From positions 640,001 to 704,000 of the forward strand of contig OZ219866.1 of the NCBI GenBank assembly GCA_964291675.2: 64,000 nucleotides of DNA, written 5' to 3'. The stretch is from Alphaproteobacteria bacterium (GTDB lineage Bacteria > Pseudomonadota > Alphaproteobacteria > MPNO01). The translations under genes were made by a program, and so were the position numbers. A model generated the notes under the pieces. The model worked only from the letters and a program-made list of their open reading frames with translations. It was not told the origin of the DNA and made no database searches. Shown one piece after another: positions 28,994-37,729 of this stretch (positions are counted from its first letter, which is position 1; the number at the start of each line of letters is the position of its first letter).

Positions 28994-29880
28994 CATGCCC
29001 GGCCCCCGGATCAAGTCCGGGGGCGATCCGGTTTAGATCAGCTGGACCGGGCGCAAAGCCTTGTTCCGGGCGGGATATCGGCGCATCCGCCGGATCGGGA
29101 CACGGATCGCCGCACGCCCGCGCTTGCCGTCCCTGCCCCTCCGTTGTCACGCCGGCCTCGTTCCGGGCACCCACGGGCGGGGCGGTCCGCCCCCGGCTCC
29201 CGTACTCCGCCACCGCCACCACCACCCCGTCATGGCCGGACTTGATCCGGCCACCCATGCGCGGACTTGATCCGCGCAACCACTGGCGCCACCGGTACAA
29301 CGCCCGTCGGGAGGAGCGGCGGCGCCAGTGGATGCCCGGATCAAGTCCGGGCATGACGGGGTGGGGGCGTATCGAAGGGGGCTTATCCAGATTACTTGAC
29401 GGAGCGGGGGCCGGGCGTCACGGGGGGCGGCGCGCCCGCCGGCGATCCCCGGCGTCGCGCCCGAACGTCGAAACGCTCGCCATGCCTCCCCACCTCGTCA
29501 TGCACCCCCGTCATGCACCCCCCTCGTCATGCCCGGACTTGATCCGGGCACCCATGCGGCCTCTCGGCGCGCACGGCGGGCCGTGGGGAGGCGTGGCGCC
29601 GGTGGGTGGCCGGATCAAGTCCGGCCATGGGTGCCCGGATCAAGTCCGGGCATGACGGGGGGTAAGTGGAGTCGGTGGAGCAACGGGGAAAAGGAGCGGG
29701 GGCCGGCCATGACGGGGTGGTGGCGGTGGAGGAGCAGGGAGAGCCGGGTGCGGCGCGCGTCGAAAGTCGAGACCGGACAGCAGAGGAACACGCCCGGACT
29801 TGATCCGGGGGCCGGGCATGACGGACGAAACGTCGCGGCCCCCCGCTCGTCAAGTATTCGGGATAAGCCCCTATCGAAGG
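28994..29880. repeat. REP cluster containing an expanded second copy of the MITE-like element
   Basis: About 29040-29260 is near-identical to about 20609-20828; a perfect 28-bp inverted repeat spans 28994-29021 / 29793-29820; many ggacttgatccgg palindromes. Confidence 0.85.
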
Positions 29881-29952
29881 ACGGGTTGCCGGCACGGGCG
29901 CCGTGTCCTATCTGGCGTCGGACGGAACTTTGACAGTCTCGGGAGTACAGGC

Positions 29953-30774
29953 ATGCCGGACAGCGCCGCGAGCGACAGCGTGATCGCCGGGCTGAACTAT
30001 GTCGTCGACACCGGGGTGAAGCCGGTCAACCGAACCATGGAGGCGGGCAACATGGCCCGAATCCGCACCGGCACCTACGAGACGCGCGCCACCGCGATCC
30101 GCAACGGCCGGCCGCTGCGCGACGGCTTCTCGCTCGACCGGACCGGCTTCGTGTTCGTCGACCACCCGACGGAGACGGCAGATTTCTTCGACCCCGGCGA
30201 GCTCGCCGCGACCTACTACAAGGAGGTCGAGGCGCTGGTCGAGCGCCAGACCGGCGCCAGGCGGGTGCTGGTGTTCGACCACACGCTGCGCTCGGGCAGC
30301 GAGACGACGCGCGAGCAGCGCAAGCTGCGCGAGCCGGTCACCCAGGTGCACAACGACTACACCGAGCGGTCGGGTCCGCGGCGCGTGCGCGACCTGCTGC
30401 CGGACGAGGCCGACGCGCTGCTCGGGCGCCGCTTCGCCATCGTCCAGGTGTGGCGCGCGATCGCCAGGCCGATCGAGTCCCACCCGCTCGCCATCGCGGA
30501 TGCCGGCAGCCTGGCGCCGGAAAACCTCGTCGCCGCCGAGCGGCGCTATCCCGACCGGGTGGGCGAGACCTACCAGATTTCTTACGCCCCGGGGCAGCGC
30601 TGGTACTACTTCCCGCGCATGACCCGCGACGAGGCGCTGGTGTTCAAGGTCTACGATTCCGCGACCGACGGCCGCGCCCGGTTCACCGCGCACACCGCCT
30701 TCGACGACCCGGGCACGCCGGCCGGCGCGCCGGAGCGCGAGAGCATCGAGATGCGCACCATCGCGTTCTTCTAG
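29953..30774 (+). CDS. CmcJ/NvfI (AsaB-like) family oxidoreductase
   Basis: FDHTLR, VHNDYT, QVWR, HTAF and RESIEMR motifs. Confidence 0.8.
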   Translation: MPDSAASDSVIAGLNYVVDTGVKPVNRTMEAGNMARIRTGTYETRATAIRNGRPLRDGFSLDRTGFVFVDHPTETADFFDPGELAATYYKEVEALVERQTGARRVLVFDHTLRSGSETTREQRKLREPVTQVHNDYTERSGPRRVRDLLPDEADALLGRRFAIVQVWRAIARPIESHPLAIADAGSLAPENLVAAERRYPDRVGETYQISYAPGQRWYYFPRMTRDEALVFKVYDSATDGRARFTAHTAFDDPGTPAGAPERESIEMRTIAFF

Positions 30775-30788
30775 CGAGACCGAAAGCC

Positions 30789-30828
30789 TGTCGCCCCGGC
30801 CGAAGCGCGGCCGAGAGCCGGGGCGACA
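30789..30828. terminator. GC-rich hairpin between convergent genes
   Basis: tgtcgccccggc...gccggggcgaca inverted repeat. Confidence 0.45.
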
Positions 30829-30857
30829 GGACGTGTGTCGGGAAAGGCCGGGCGCCT

Positions 30858-31619
30858 TCACGCCGCCCCTTCGCCGCCTGCCGCGGTCGCGCCGGACCGG
30901 CCCGCCTCGTCGGCCGCGGTGAGCACCCGGGCGAGGGCGGCCCGCGTCTCCGGCGCACCCGGCTTCTTGCCGAGCTCGATATGCGACAGATATCCGGAGC
31001 TGATGCCGACAGCCTCGGCGAGCTGCGCCATCGTCATGCCGGCGCGCTTGCGCCGGGCCCTCAGCGGGCTGTCTTCCATCGGCCCGGCCGGTGCGGCCTC
31101 CGCCCCGGCGGTCCCGTCGCCGGGCCGTTCGCAAATGGCGAAGGGCCACTCGCGGGGCTCGACGACGACGGTGTATTGCGGCGCGGCGGGGGACGCGCCG
31201 ATCTTCAACATGGCCATCTCGACGGCGAAGCAGCTCCGCGGAAAGTCGTCGGACTCGTTGAGCTCGGCGAGGACCTCGCGGTGTTCCGCGTAGAACCGGG
31301 CGGCGAGCCAGACGACGGCGCGGGCCCTGAGCGCGCGGGCATAGGCCAGGACCTGGCCGAGATGCCGGTGGTCGGAGGTCCCGAGCTGGGCCTCGATCAC
31401 CACCTTGGCCCCGGTGTCGCGGTCGACGCACAGGAGGTCGGCGCGGAACTGCCCGACCGGGGTCTCGCGCGCCACCGGTTCGAGGTTGAGCCCGAGCGCC
31501 TCGCCGAAACGCCGCAGGTTCTCCGGCTTGGCGAGCCAGGGCAGGAATTCGCTCGCTTCGCTCTTCCATACGCTGGTGGTCGCGACGCGTTCGAGATGTC
31601 CGACTGGCGGTTGAACCAT
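30858..31619 (-). CDS. PD-(D/E)XK-like nuclease (N-domain as in DUF4268 proteins) fused to a C-terminal XRE HTH
   Basis: E.PVG.FRADLL...VIEAQL..SDH.HLGQ..AY, followed by LRARRKRAGMTMAQLAEAVGISSGYLSHIELG. Confidence 0.7.
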   Translation of the reverse strand: MVQPPVGHLERVATTSVWKSEASEFLPWLAKPENLRRFGEALGLNLEPVARETPVGQFRADLLCVDRDTGAKVVIEAQLGTSDHRHLGQVLAYARALRARAVVWLAARFYAEHREVLAELNESDDFPRSCFAVEMAMLKIGASPAAPQYTVVVEPREWPFAICERPGDGTAGAEAAPAGPMEDSPLRARRKRAGMTMAQLAEAVGISSGYLSHIELGKKPGAPETRAALARVLTAADEAGRSGATAAGGEGAA

Positions 31620-31729
31620 CGGGGGTACTCCGTTTGCGATGGGGGTGCGGGCACGAAAAAGGGGCGCCGGATTGCCCGGGGCCCCATTTCTCGACTGTGC
31701 GAAATATACCCCAAAACGGGTCCCTGTTT

Positions 31730-33371
31730 CGGCCGAGACCGACAATCCGGGCGGCGAGGTTCCTCCTTGGTTCTTGCCGTCCCCCTCCGCGGTCCATTCG
31801 AGGATCGTCCCGAGGTCGCCGTGCAGCGTGGCATGCACCTCGCCCCACTTCTCGCCCGGGATCAGCACGATGCGCTCGATCAATCCCCGGATCGCCGTCG
31901 CCGCCTCGTCCCGGTCCTCGGGGTGCTTCAGCGCGTCCGCTAGCCGCGCGACCTTGCGGCGGTAGATCTCTGCCACGTTGGGATGGATGTCCGGAAGGTC
32001 GGCCGGAGCGGCCGCAAGGCGTTCGGCGAGCTCGACCTGGCGGGCCTCCAGTTCGCGCAGCCGGTCCGACATGCCCCGCACATAGCCGCCGTCCTCGATG
32101 GCCGCGATCATCGTCGCGATCTTCTTCTCGATCGCCGCGAGCTCCCTCCTGTCCCCGGCCGCCGAGGCGCGGCGCTCCCGGTTGAGGCGGTTCGTCTTTT
32201 CCGCATAGGCCCGGATCGCCTCTTCCGCCGCCTCCGGCGCCATCAGACGGTGCTTCAGTCCGGCGAGCACCCGTTCCTCCAGGACGGCGCGGCGGATGCC
32301 CCTACGGTTGGTGCAGCCGTCGGTCCGGGCATGGTTGGAGCAGGCATAGCGGTCCTGACCCCGCTTCACGTAGGCGCCGCCGCAAACCCCGCATTCGAGA
32401 AGACCCGACAGCAGGTGGCGCGGACGATGAGTCGCGTTGAGCGGATTCGCACGGGCGCGCCGGACGCTCGCGATCACCGCCACGTACATTTTGGCCGACT
32501 CGTCCTGGCGGTCCTACGCCGCCTGCCAGAGATCGTTGTCCAGGATGCGGAGGTGAGGGACCTCGGCGACCACCCATTCCTCCGGCGGGTTGATGCGCGA
32601 AACCTTGCGCCCGGTCTCCGGGTTGAGCGCCCGGCGCTGGCGATTTCATACAAGACGCCCGACATAGAGCTCGTTGTTGAGCAGCCCGGTGCCGCGCGCC
32701 GCGTGGCCGCGCAGCGTGTTGTCGGACCACCGCTTGCCCCTCGGGCCGGGAACGCCGTCATCGTTCAGGCGCCGCGCGATCGCGCGCGGGCTCGCGTCAT
32801 TGGCGAATTCCCGGAAGATGCGCCGCACGATGCCGGCCTGTCGCTCGTTGATCCGGCGCTCGCCCCGGATCGGCTCGCCCGCCGCGTCGAGCGCCTTCAC
32901 CACGTCGTAGCCGTAGCCCAGGCTGCCGCCCGCCTTGCCGGCCTCCACCCGGCCCCGCTGGCCGCGGTGCGTCTTGGCCGCGAGGTCCTTCAGGAACAGC
33001 GCGTTCATCGTTCCCTTGAGCCCCACATGGAGCTCGTCGATCTCGCCCTCCGCCAGGGTGAAGACGCCGACGCCCGCGAAGCGGAGATGCTTGTAGAGAA
33101 CCGCGACGTCCGCCTGGTCGCGGCTCACCCGGTCGAGCGCCTCGGCGAGCACCACGTCGAACGCCCCGCTCCCCGCGTCCTCAAGTAGAGCCTGAACACC
33201 GGGGCGGAGAGTCACGCTGGAGCCGGAGACGGCGCTGTCCTTGTAGGTGCCGGGGATCTTCCAGCCCTCGCGTTCGGCGCGCTCGCGGCAGATGCGGAAC
33301 CGGTCCTCGATCGAGGCCGCGCACTGCTGGTCGGAGGAATAGCGGGCACAGAGCGCGCAGCGAAACGTCAT
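31730..33371 (-). pseudogene. Large serine recombinase with two in-frame nonsense codons
   Basis: ARYSSDQQ, EALDRVSRD, LNNELYVG and LLSGLLECGVCG motifs; stops TGA at 32648-32646 (expected Trp in RLVWNR) and TAG at 32516-32514. Confidence 0.85.
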
Positions 33372-33375
33372 GGTC

Positions 33376-33606
33376 TCAGCTCTCCTGTCTCCCGCCGGCG
33401 TCCTTCGCCGGCGGGTTGTCGTTGGCGGCCTCCAGCCGCCGGAACTCCTCGCGCGCGATCTGGCGGCCCAGCAAACGGGCGAGCGTCATGACGACGGTAT
33501 CGATCCGGACCTCCGCGCTGCCACCTGCCCCGGCCCCCGAGCCGGGGTTGTCGTTCGCCGCCACGCCGCGCGCGCCGGCAATCCCGCGATCCTCGCTCTC
33601 CGGCAT
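33376..33606 (-). CDS. Small recombinase-associated protein
   Basis: 76 aa with LARLLGRQIARE and two AANDN motifs; 4 nt upstream of the recombinase. Confidence 0.55.
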   Translation of the reverse strand: MPESEDRGIAGARGVAANDNPGSGAGAGGSAEVRIDTVVMTLARLLGRQIAREEFRRLEAANDNPPAKDAGGRQES

Positions 33607-33809
33607 CCCCTCGCGCCTCCCGCAACACTGCGCACCCGAGAGTCCATCTGGCCCCGTGATTCGGCCATGTCAAACTCCGGCGGTAGGGGATTTCCTGCAT
33701 GGAATCATACACTTGAGTAGCACAGGGGGCGCCAGTGGGGGTATGCGGTGCCTGGCGTATGATCCCCAAAACGATTCGCGATGCACCACCATGCGCACCC
33801 GGTCGCACG

Positions 33810-34229
33810 CTACGCCGTCCACGGGTTCAACGTCTTCAATCCTGCCGCCTCGAACGGTGCGGTGTCCCGCGTCGCCACCATCATGCCGTTGGCCGCGGCG
33901 GTCGCCGCAATGTAACCGTCGGTCACCGGGATCGCTCGCCCCTCGCACCGCGCCTTCGCCATCAGCTCCGCATAGGCTTGCGGGGCCGCAAGATCGAAGG
34001 CCAGCACCCGTCCGGCAAACATTGGCAGCACCTGCCCCTCCAGATCCTCGAGCAGTCGGTCCCGACGCCGGCCACTCGGCAGCAAACGCACCCCGTAGCG
34101 CAGCTCGGCGACGGTGATGGCGGACAGATACAGCGTTTCCAGCGCCTGCGCATCGAGCCATTCGGCGACGCACGACTCCGGAGCCCCGCGCAGCGGCTCC
34201 GACACCACCTCGGTGTCTACGAGGATCAT
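33810..34229 (-). CDS. vapC: PIN-domain toxin (VapC/FitB-like)
   Basis: MILVDT.VVSE, ITVAEL, DGYIAATA, VATRD and NPW motifs. Confidence 0.88.
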   Translation of the reverse strand: MILVDTEVVSEPLRGAPESCVAEWLDAQALETLYLSAITVAELRYGVRLLPSGRRRDRLLEDLEGQVLPMFAGRVLAFDLAAPQAYAELMAKARCEGRAIPVTDGYIAATAAANGMMVATRDTAPFEAAGLKTLNPWTA

Positions 34230-34465
34230 TCGAGTTCGACCGACCGGGCCGGAGCCGCGTCGCGTTAAGCTTTCGAACTCTTCCTCCGTCAGCTCTGCGC
34301 GCCGGCCGACGGCGGTCAGCAGTGTTCCCAGGGCGGCCCTCCCTTCCGGCAGGACCGTTTTCTTAAGGATCGCGCGCACCTCCGCTTCCGTGCTACGGCC
34401 GCACAGGGTGGCCCGCACGCGCAGTGCGCGGTGCACCTCGTCCGGGATTTTGCGAACCGTCGGTG
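34230..34465 (-). pseudogene. FitA/StbC-like RHH antitoxin lacking its own start and stop, in frame with vapC
   Basis: TVRKIPDEVHRALRVRA...GRSTEAEVRAIL...LGTLL. Confidence 0.7.
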
Positions 34466-34469
34466 AAGG

Positions 34470-34659
34470 ATGGAGCGATGGCTTTCTCACGGGTGATGAA
34501 AAGCCAACGTCGTGCATCGCCCGGACGGATCTGTTCGCCGTCCAGCAACTCCGGATGTTCGGCGATGAGCGTCTGGAGTTCGTCTGCGGTGGAAAACGGG
34601 GTTTCTTCCAATGCTTCGAGCTTGCCGCTTGGGGCCGAGGTGTAGATGCGTTCGGGCAT
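34470..34659 (-). pseudogene. N-terminal fragment of a NucS/PD-(D/E)XK-like protein
   Basis: MPERIY...ELQTLIAEHPELLDGEQIRPGDARRWLFITRE, truncated before the catalytic motifs. Confidence 0.5.
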
Positions 34660-35041
34660 GGGTCATTGTGTAGAAGGGCAATCCTGGCGAAACAATGCCC
34701 GGACGATCGAATCTAATTGTTCCAATCCAATTGAGCCGAGGTGAAACGGCTGCGAACGCACGCGACCGGCCCCGGAGGAATTCGCTCCGGTAGATTCCCG
34801 GCTCTGCCCGGAACATTTGCGCTACCGCATCGTTCGTGATTTCCGCTGAGCTTGCGCCTACGATCAAGCGCGCGGTAGGGAAACCACTCGGTGTAGCCGG
34901 CGGACAATCGCTGGCGCTCGAAACCTGTCTCGCCGATACGATTTCACCGGCAACTTGCGTCCGAGGCGTCCGCGAATATGCTACGGCGTGCCGCAGGTCC
35001 ATTAGCGGACATTTCTGCCTTACCGAATGGAGAAACAAGCC

Positions 35042-35614
35042 ATGGCGAGAGCTCCGGCGAGCACCGCTGACAGACTGTCGACCATCATTGCCGAGATCGA
35101 GGCCGACGCCTATGCGCGCGGTAAAGCCGACGCCAGGTCGGAATTGCTGAATCTTCTTGGTGCGGGAACACAAGAGCGCGGCGGCCCTAAGGCAGCCCGC
35201 GGAACATCCGCGAAATCGGCGTCCGCAGGGAAGCGCAGATCCAGCGGGCGCAAGAGGGCTCCAAAGGGTTCGGTGCCCCGCTTCGTCGAGCGGGCATTGC
35301 GCGACCATCCGGGGCAGACGCCGCAAGAAATTCTGACCCGCGCGGACGACGATATGGAACGTCTGATCAAGCTTCCCTCGATCCGAACCGAATTGCGGAA
35401 CGGGGGGAAACAGGGCAAGTACGAACAGAAAGACGGACGCTGGTTCCATGTGGCGACCGAAGCGGGCGCCGACGAGGCGTCAACCTCCGAGACGCCGTCC
35501 GATACAGAGACCGAGGCAGTCGCCTCGGAGCCCGCCACTGAGACGGCTTCAGCGGACGAGTCACCGGAATCATCGCCCAATACTGGAGCGGCAACGGGCG
35601 ATACGGCCTGCTAA
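35042..35614 (+). CDS. Hypothetical protein with a probable winged-helix domain
   Basis: N-terminal helix, basic linker, ERALRDHPGQTPQEIL...SIRTELR...GRWF, acidic tail. Confidence 0.55.
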   Translation: MARAPASTADRLSTIIAEIEADAYARGKADARSELLNLLGAGTQERGGPKAARGTSAKSASAGKRRSSGRKRAPKGSVPRFVERALRDHPGQTPQEILTRADDDMERLIKLPSIRTELRNGGKQGKYEQKDGRWFHVATEAGADEASTSETPSDTETEAVASEPATETASADESPESSPNTGAATGDTAC

Positions 35615-35639
35615 CTCTTCCTGTTCGATCGGGAACCGC

Positions 35640-35799
35640 TTCCCGGACCATCGACGTCGACCGTGTCCGCGTCGATCACGCGAACCTGGCTGACAGGCGG
35701 GGGCTCCACCATGGCCGGCGTGTCGCTCCCTCCGCCTCCGCCGCAAGCAGTCAACAGGACGAGCGATGCCACGGCGGAGGCTGCTACCAGGCTCTTCAT
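35640..35799 (-). pseudogene. Fragment of a lipoprotein with a thermonuclease-like start
   Basis: Lipobox LTAC-GGGGG, then VRVIDADTVDVDG (cf. SNase VxxIDGDT), then truncated. Confidence 0.45.
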
Positions 35800-35849
35800 C
35801 GGTTTTCCTCGCATACTGGCCTACCGGTCGAGCGATGCTCCCCAGACGC

Positions 35850-36020
35850 CCACCCACCCGCACGCCTTCGCGCTGCACCGCCTCCACCAGCCGCTGGAAA
35901 CCCCCGCCTCCCGAGAACAGCGCGACGCGGTCCAGCTCCCGCGCCATCTCCATCGCGTCGATCACGATCTCGATGTCCATGTCGCCTTCGATCCTGCGGT
36001 TCAGGGATACGGTGCGCTGT
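35850..36020 (-). pseudogene. NYN/LabA (DUF88) domain fragment
   Basis: MDIEIVIDAMEMA...ALFSGGGGFQRLVEAVQREGVRV (cf. FSGDGDF). Confidence 0.6.
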
Positions 36021-36086
36021 GACTTCTCCCCTTCACCGGATGCGGTCGGCGATTACCTAACAAGACAGTTGCTGAGAACAACCGTT

Positions 36087-36738
36087 CTACTCAAGCAGAA
36101 ACCGAGCAAATCTCGTGCCTAGCGGCGTGATTCTAACTGGGACATTTTCATAGTTCGGTGTTTCTATGCGGGGGCGCTGGCGCGGTGGAGAAGGTTGGCT
36201 CGATCCAATTCTGCAATTAGTCCCATCACCAATCCGCCGAGTATTGAGGGAACAGAGCTTGGACTTGACCGAAATTCAGACGATATGAATCCATAGTCCG
36301 ATCCAATCCAGGCTCCGGGTCTCGTACGAAAACACCAAGCACCTCGACCGCGCCGCTAGACAGCGTCTCTACGCAGCGGGAAAAGTGGTCCAATTCCGTG
36401 TAGCTGCACTTTTCTGGATCCCCTTCTCGTAAGAGAAGGTTCGCGAGAATGGCGGTAGCCGCCTTCAACTTTTCATCACGATGGCTCCGCACGATGGACA
36501 GATAGCAAGACTTGAACAGCTCGGCGAAGTCGTCTTTGTCGACCGCTTCGACATCGATACGGTCGTCAAGCTCTTCGAGACGACTGCGAAGAAACTCCAA
36601 TACGCGATCTACAGATTTTTGTGTAGCGGAGGGAATATAGTCGCCCACCAAGCTGACTATTGAGCCTCCGACAACGGGTATCCCCGACAAACCCGCCTTG
36701 ACTAACGCGAGAGCGTGATCGGATTTGTTCTTTGCCAT
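36087..36738 (-). pseudogene. Frameshifted Abi-alpha/DUF4393-like protein
   Basis: IPVVGG...helical domain; C-terminus continues in other frames as LVMGLIAELDRANLL and ITPLGTRFARFLLE*; more AT-rich than the flanks. Confidence 0.45.
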
Positions 36739-36904
36739 TGGTCGGTTCACCTTGATGTGTGATGGTGTTTGATCCCCTCCGCCGCAACCACGTCTCCCCG
36801 GCACTCGACGGACAGGGCCCTACAGTCAAACCAGGGGCGCGAGCGAATCCCGACCGCCGTGGCCGGACGATGCGATCTCGGCCGGGGATACCTCCCGTGG
36901 CAGC

Positions 36905-37045
36905 CCAGACGCGCAGCTTCAGGCCGAGAGTGCCAACCACCCTGAGAAAGATGCTCGGACTGGGCTCAGGGGCGTCCCAAAAAGCGTCGTGGAGGCTTTC
37001 GCCGGACAGGCGGGCATCGCGTGCAACCTGACCACGACGGGCCGT
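36905..37045 (-). pseudogene. Fragment of an addiction-module antidote HTH protein
   Basis: QVARDARLSGESL...P....FLRVVGTLGLKL (cf. VARDAGLSRESLY...NP...KVV.ALG.KL). Confidence 0.5.
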
Positions 37046-37064
37046 GTCGCTTCCGCCGGTCATC

Positions 37065-37430
37065 ATCCTTGGTCCCGGACGCGGCGCGGCTCAGGCTCAC
37101 CGTGAACGCCAGCGCCTCGTCCGCCTCGTTGGCCCGGGCGTCCGCCACCGAGAGCGCCACCGGATTCCGTAGCGCCGCCGTCACCGTGTTCGCGAGACTG
37201 CGACCCGCCTCGGTCACGACCGATCCCGCTGGCAGCGTCATCACCACGTCCGCCAGCGAGTCCGGCTTCACTTCGATCCGCCAGCGCCGGTTCTGGCCCG
37301 GCGCCATCCGCTTCGGCTGCGTCACCCGCCCATTGGTCACCTGCAACGCCTCGTCCCGGAGCATCCTGAAGCGGAGCCGCCCCTGGAAGTTCTCGCTGAA
37401 GCGCAGCTCGAAGCCGAACCGGCGCGTGCC
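37065..37430 (-). pseudogene. Internal fragment of a large surface protein with Ig-like/Calx-beta domains
   Basis: FELRFSE...WRIEVKP...LSVADARANEADEALAFTVSLSRAA. Confidence 0.55.
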
Positions 37431-37489
37431 GTCACGGGCGATCCCGCCGTCGGGGATCGGGCGCACCTGGCCCTGCTGGACGACTTGGC

Positions 37490-37716
37490 GGGCTCGACCG
37501 GGTGGGCCGGTGTTCACGCTCACCGCCGCCGCCTACAATCCGGTCCGCCCGCCCAGACTGCTCGCCGAGGCGCCGACGCGATGCCGAAGAGCCGCGCAAT
37601 ACATCCACGCCTGTCACGAGCGGGCCGAAAACCCCAACCCGCTCGGCCGTTAAGCCGAGAAATCCCACCGAACCCGACAAACCGGCCACAACTGGAGAGC
37701 CTTTCAGCAGCCTGTT
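37490..37716 (+). mobile_element. IS5-family remnant (transposase C-terminus and right end)
   Basis: FTLTAAAYNPVRPPRLL (cf. FTLxAAAYNLVRLPKLL) and terminal tttcagcagcctgtt. Confidence 0.55.
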
Positions 37717-37729
37717 GGAGGATGACGGA

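Noticed and set aside
20460-29880. Repeat clusters as a CRISPR array
   Set aside because: The units are palindromic, alternate in orientation and are irregularly spaced, with no unique spacers and no cas genes.
30858-32489. 543-aa recombinase-nuclease-HTH protein as an evolved fusion
   Set aside because: It begins after nonsense codons in a broken recombinase, and the linker looks like read-through intergenic DNA. Two separate genes are more parsimonious.
32514-32648. Selenocysteine/pyrrolysine or alternative-code readthrough of the recombinase stops
   Set aside because: TGA and TAG terminate normal genes throughout the window, and the TGA sits at an expected Trp (single-base change).
33376-33606. 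tmRNA gene suggested by ANDN
   Set aside because: There is no tRNA-like ends and no tag ending in AA-stop; the motif lies inside an ordinary ORF.
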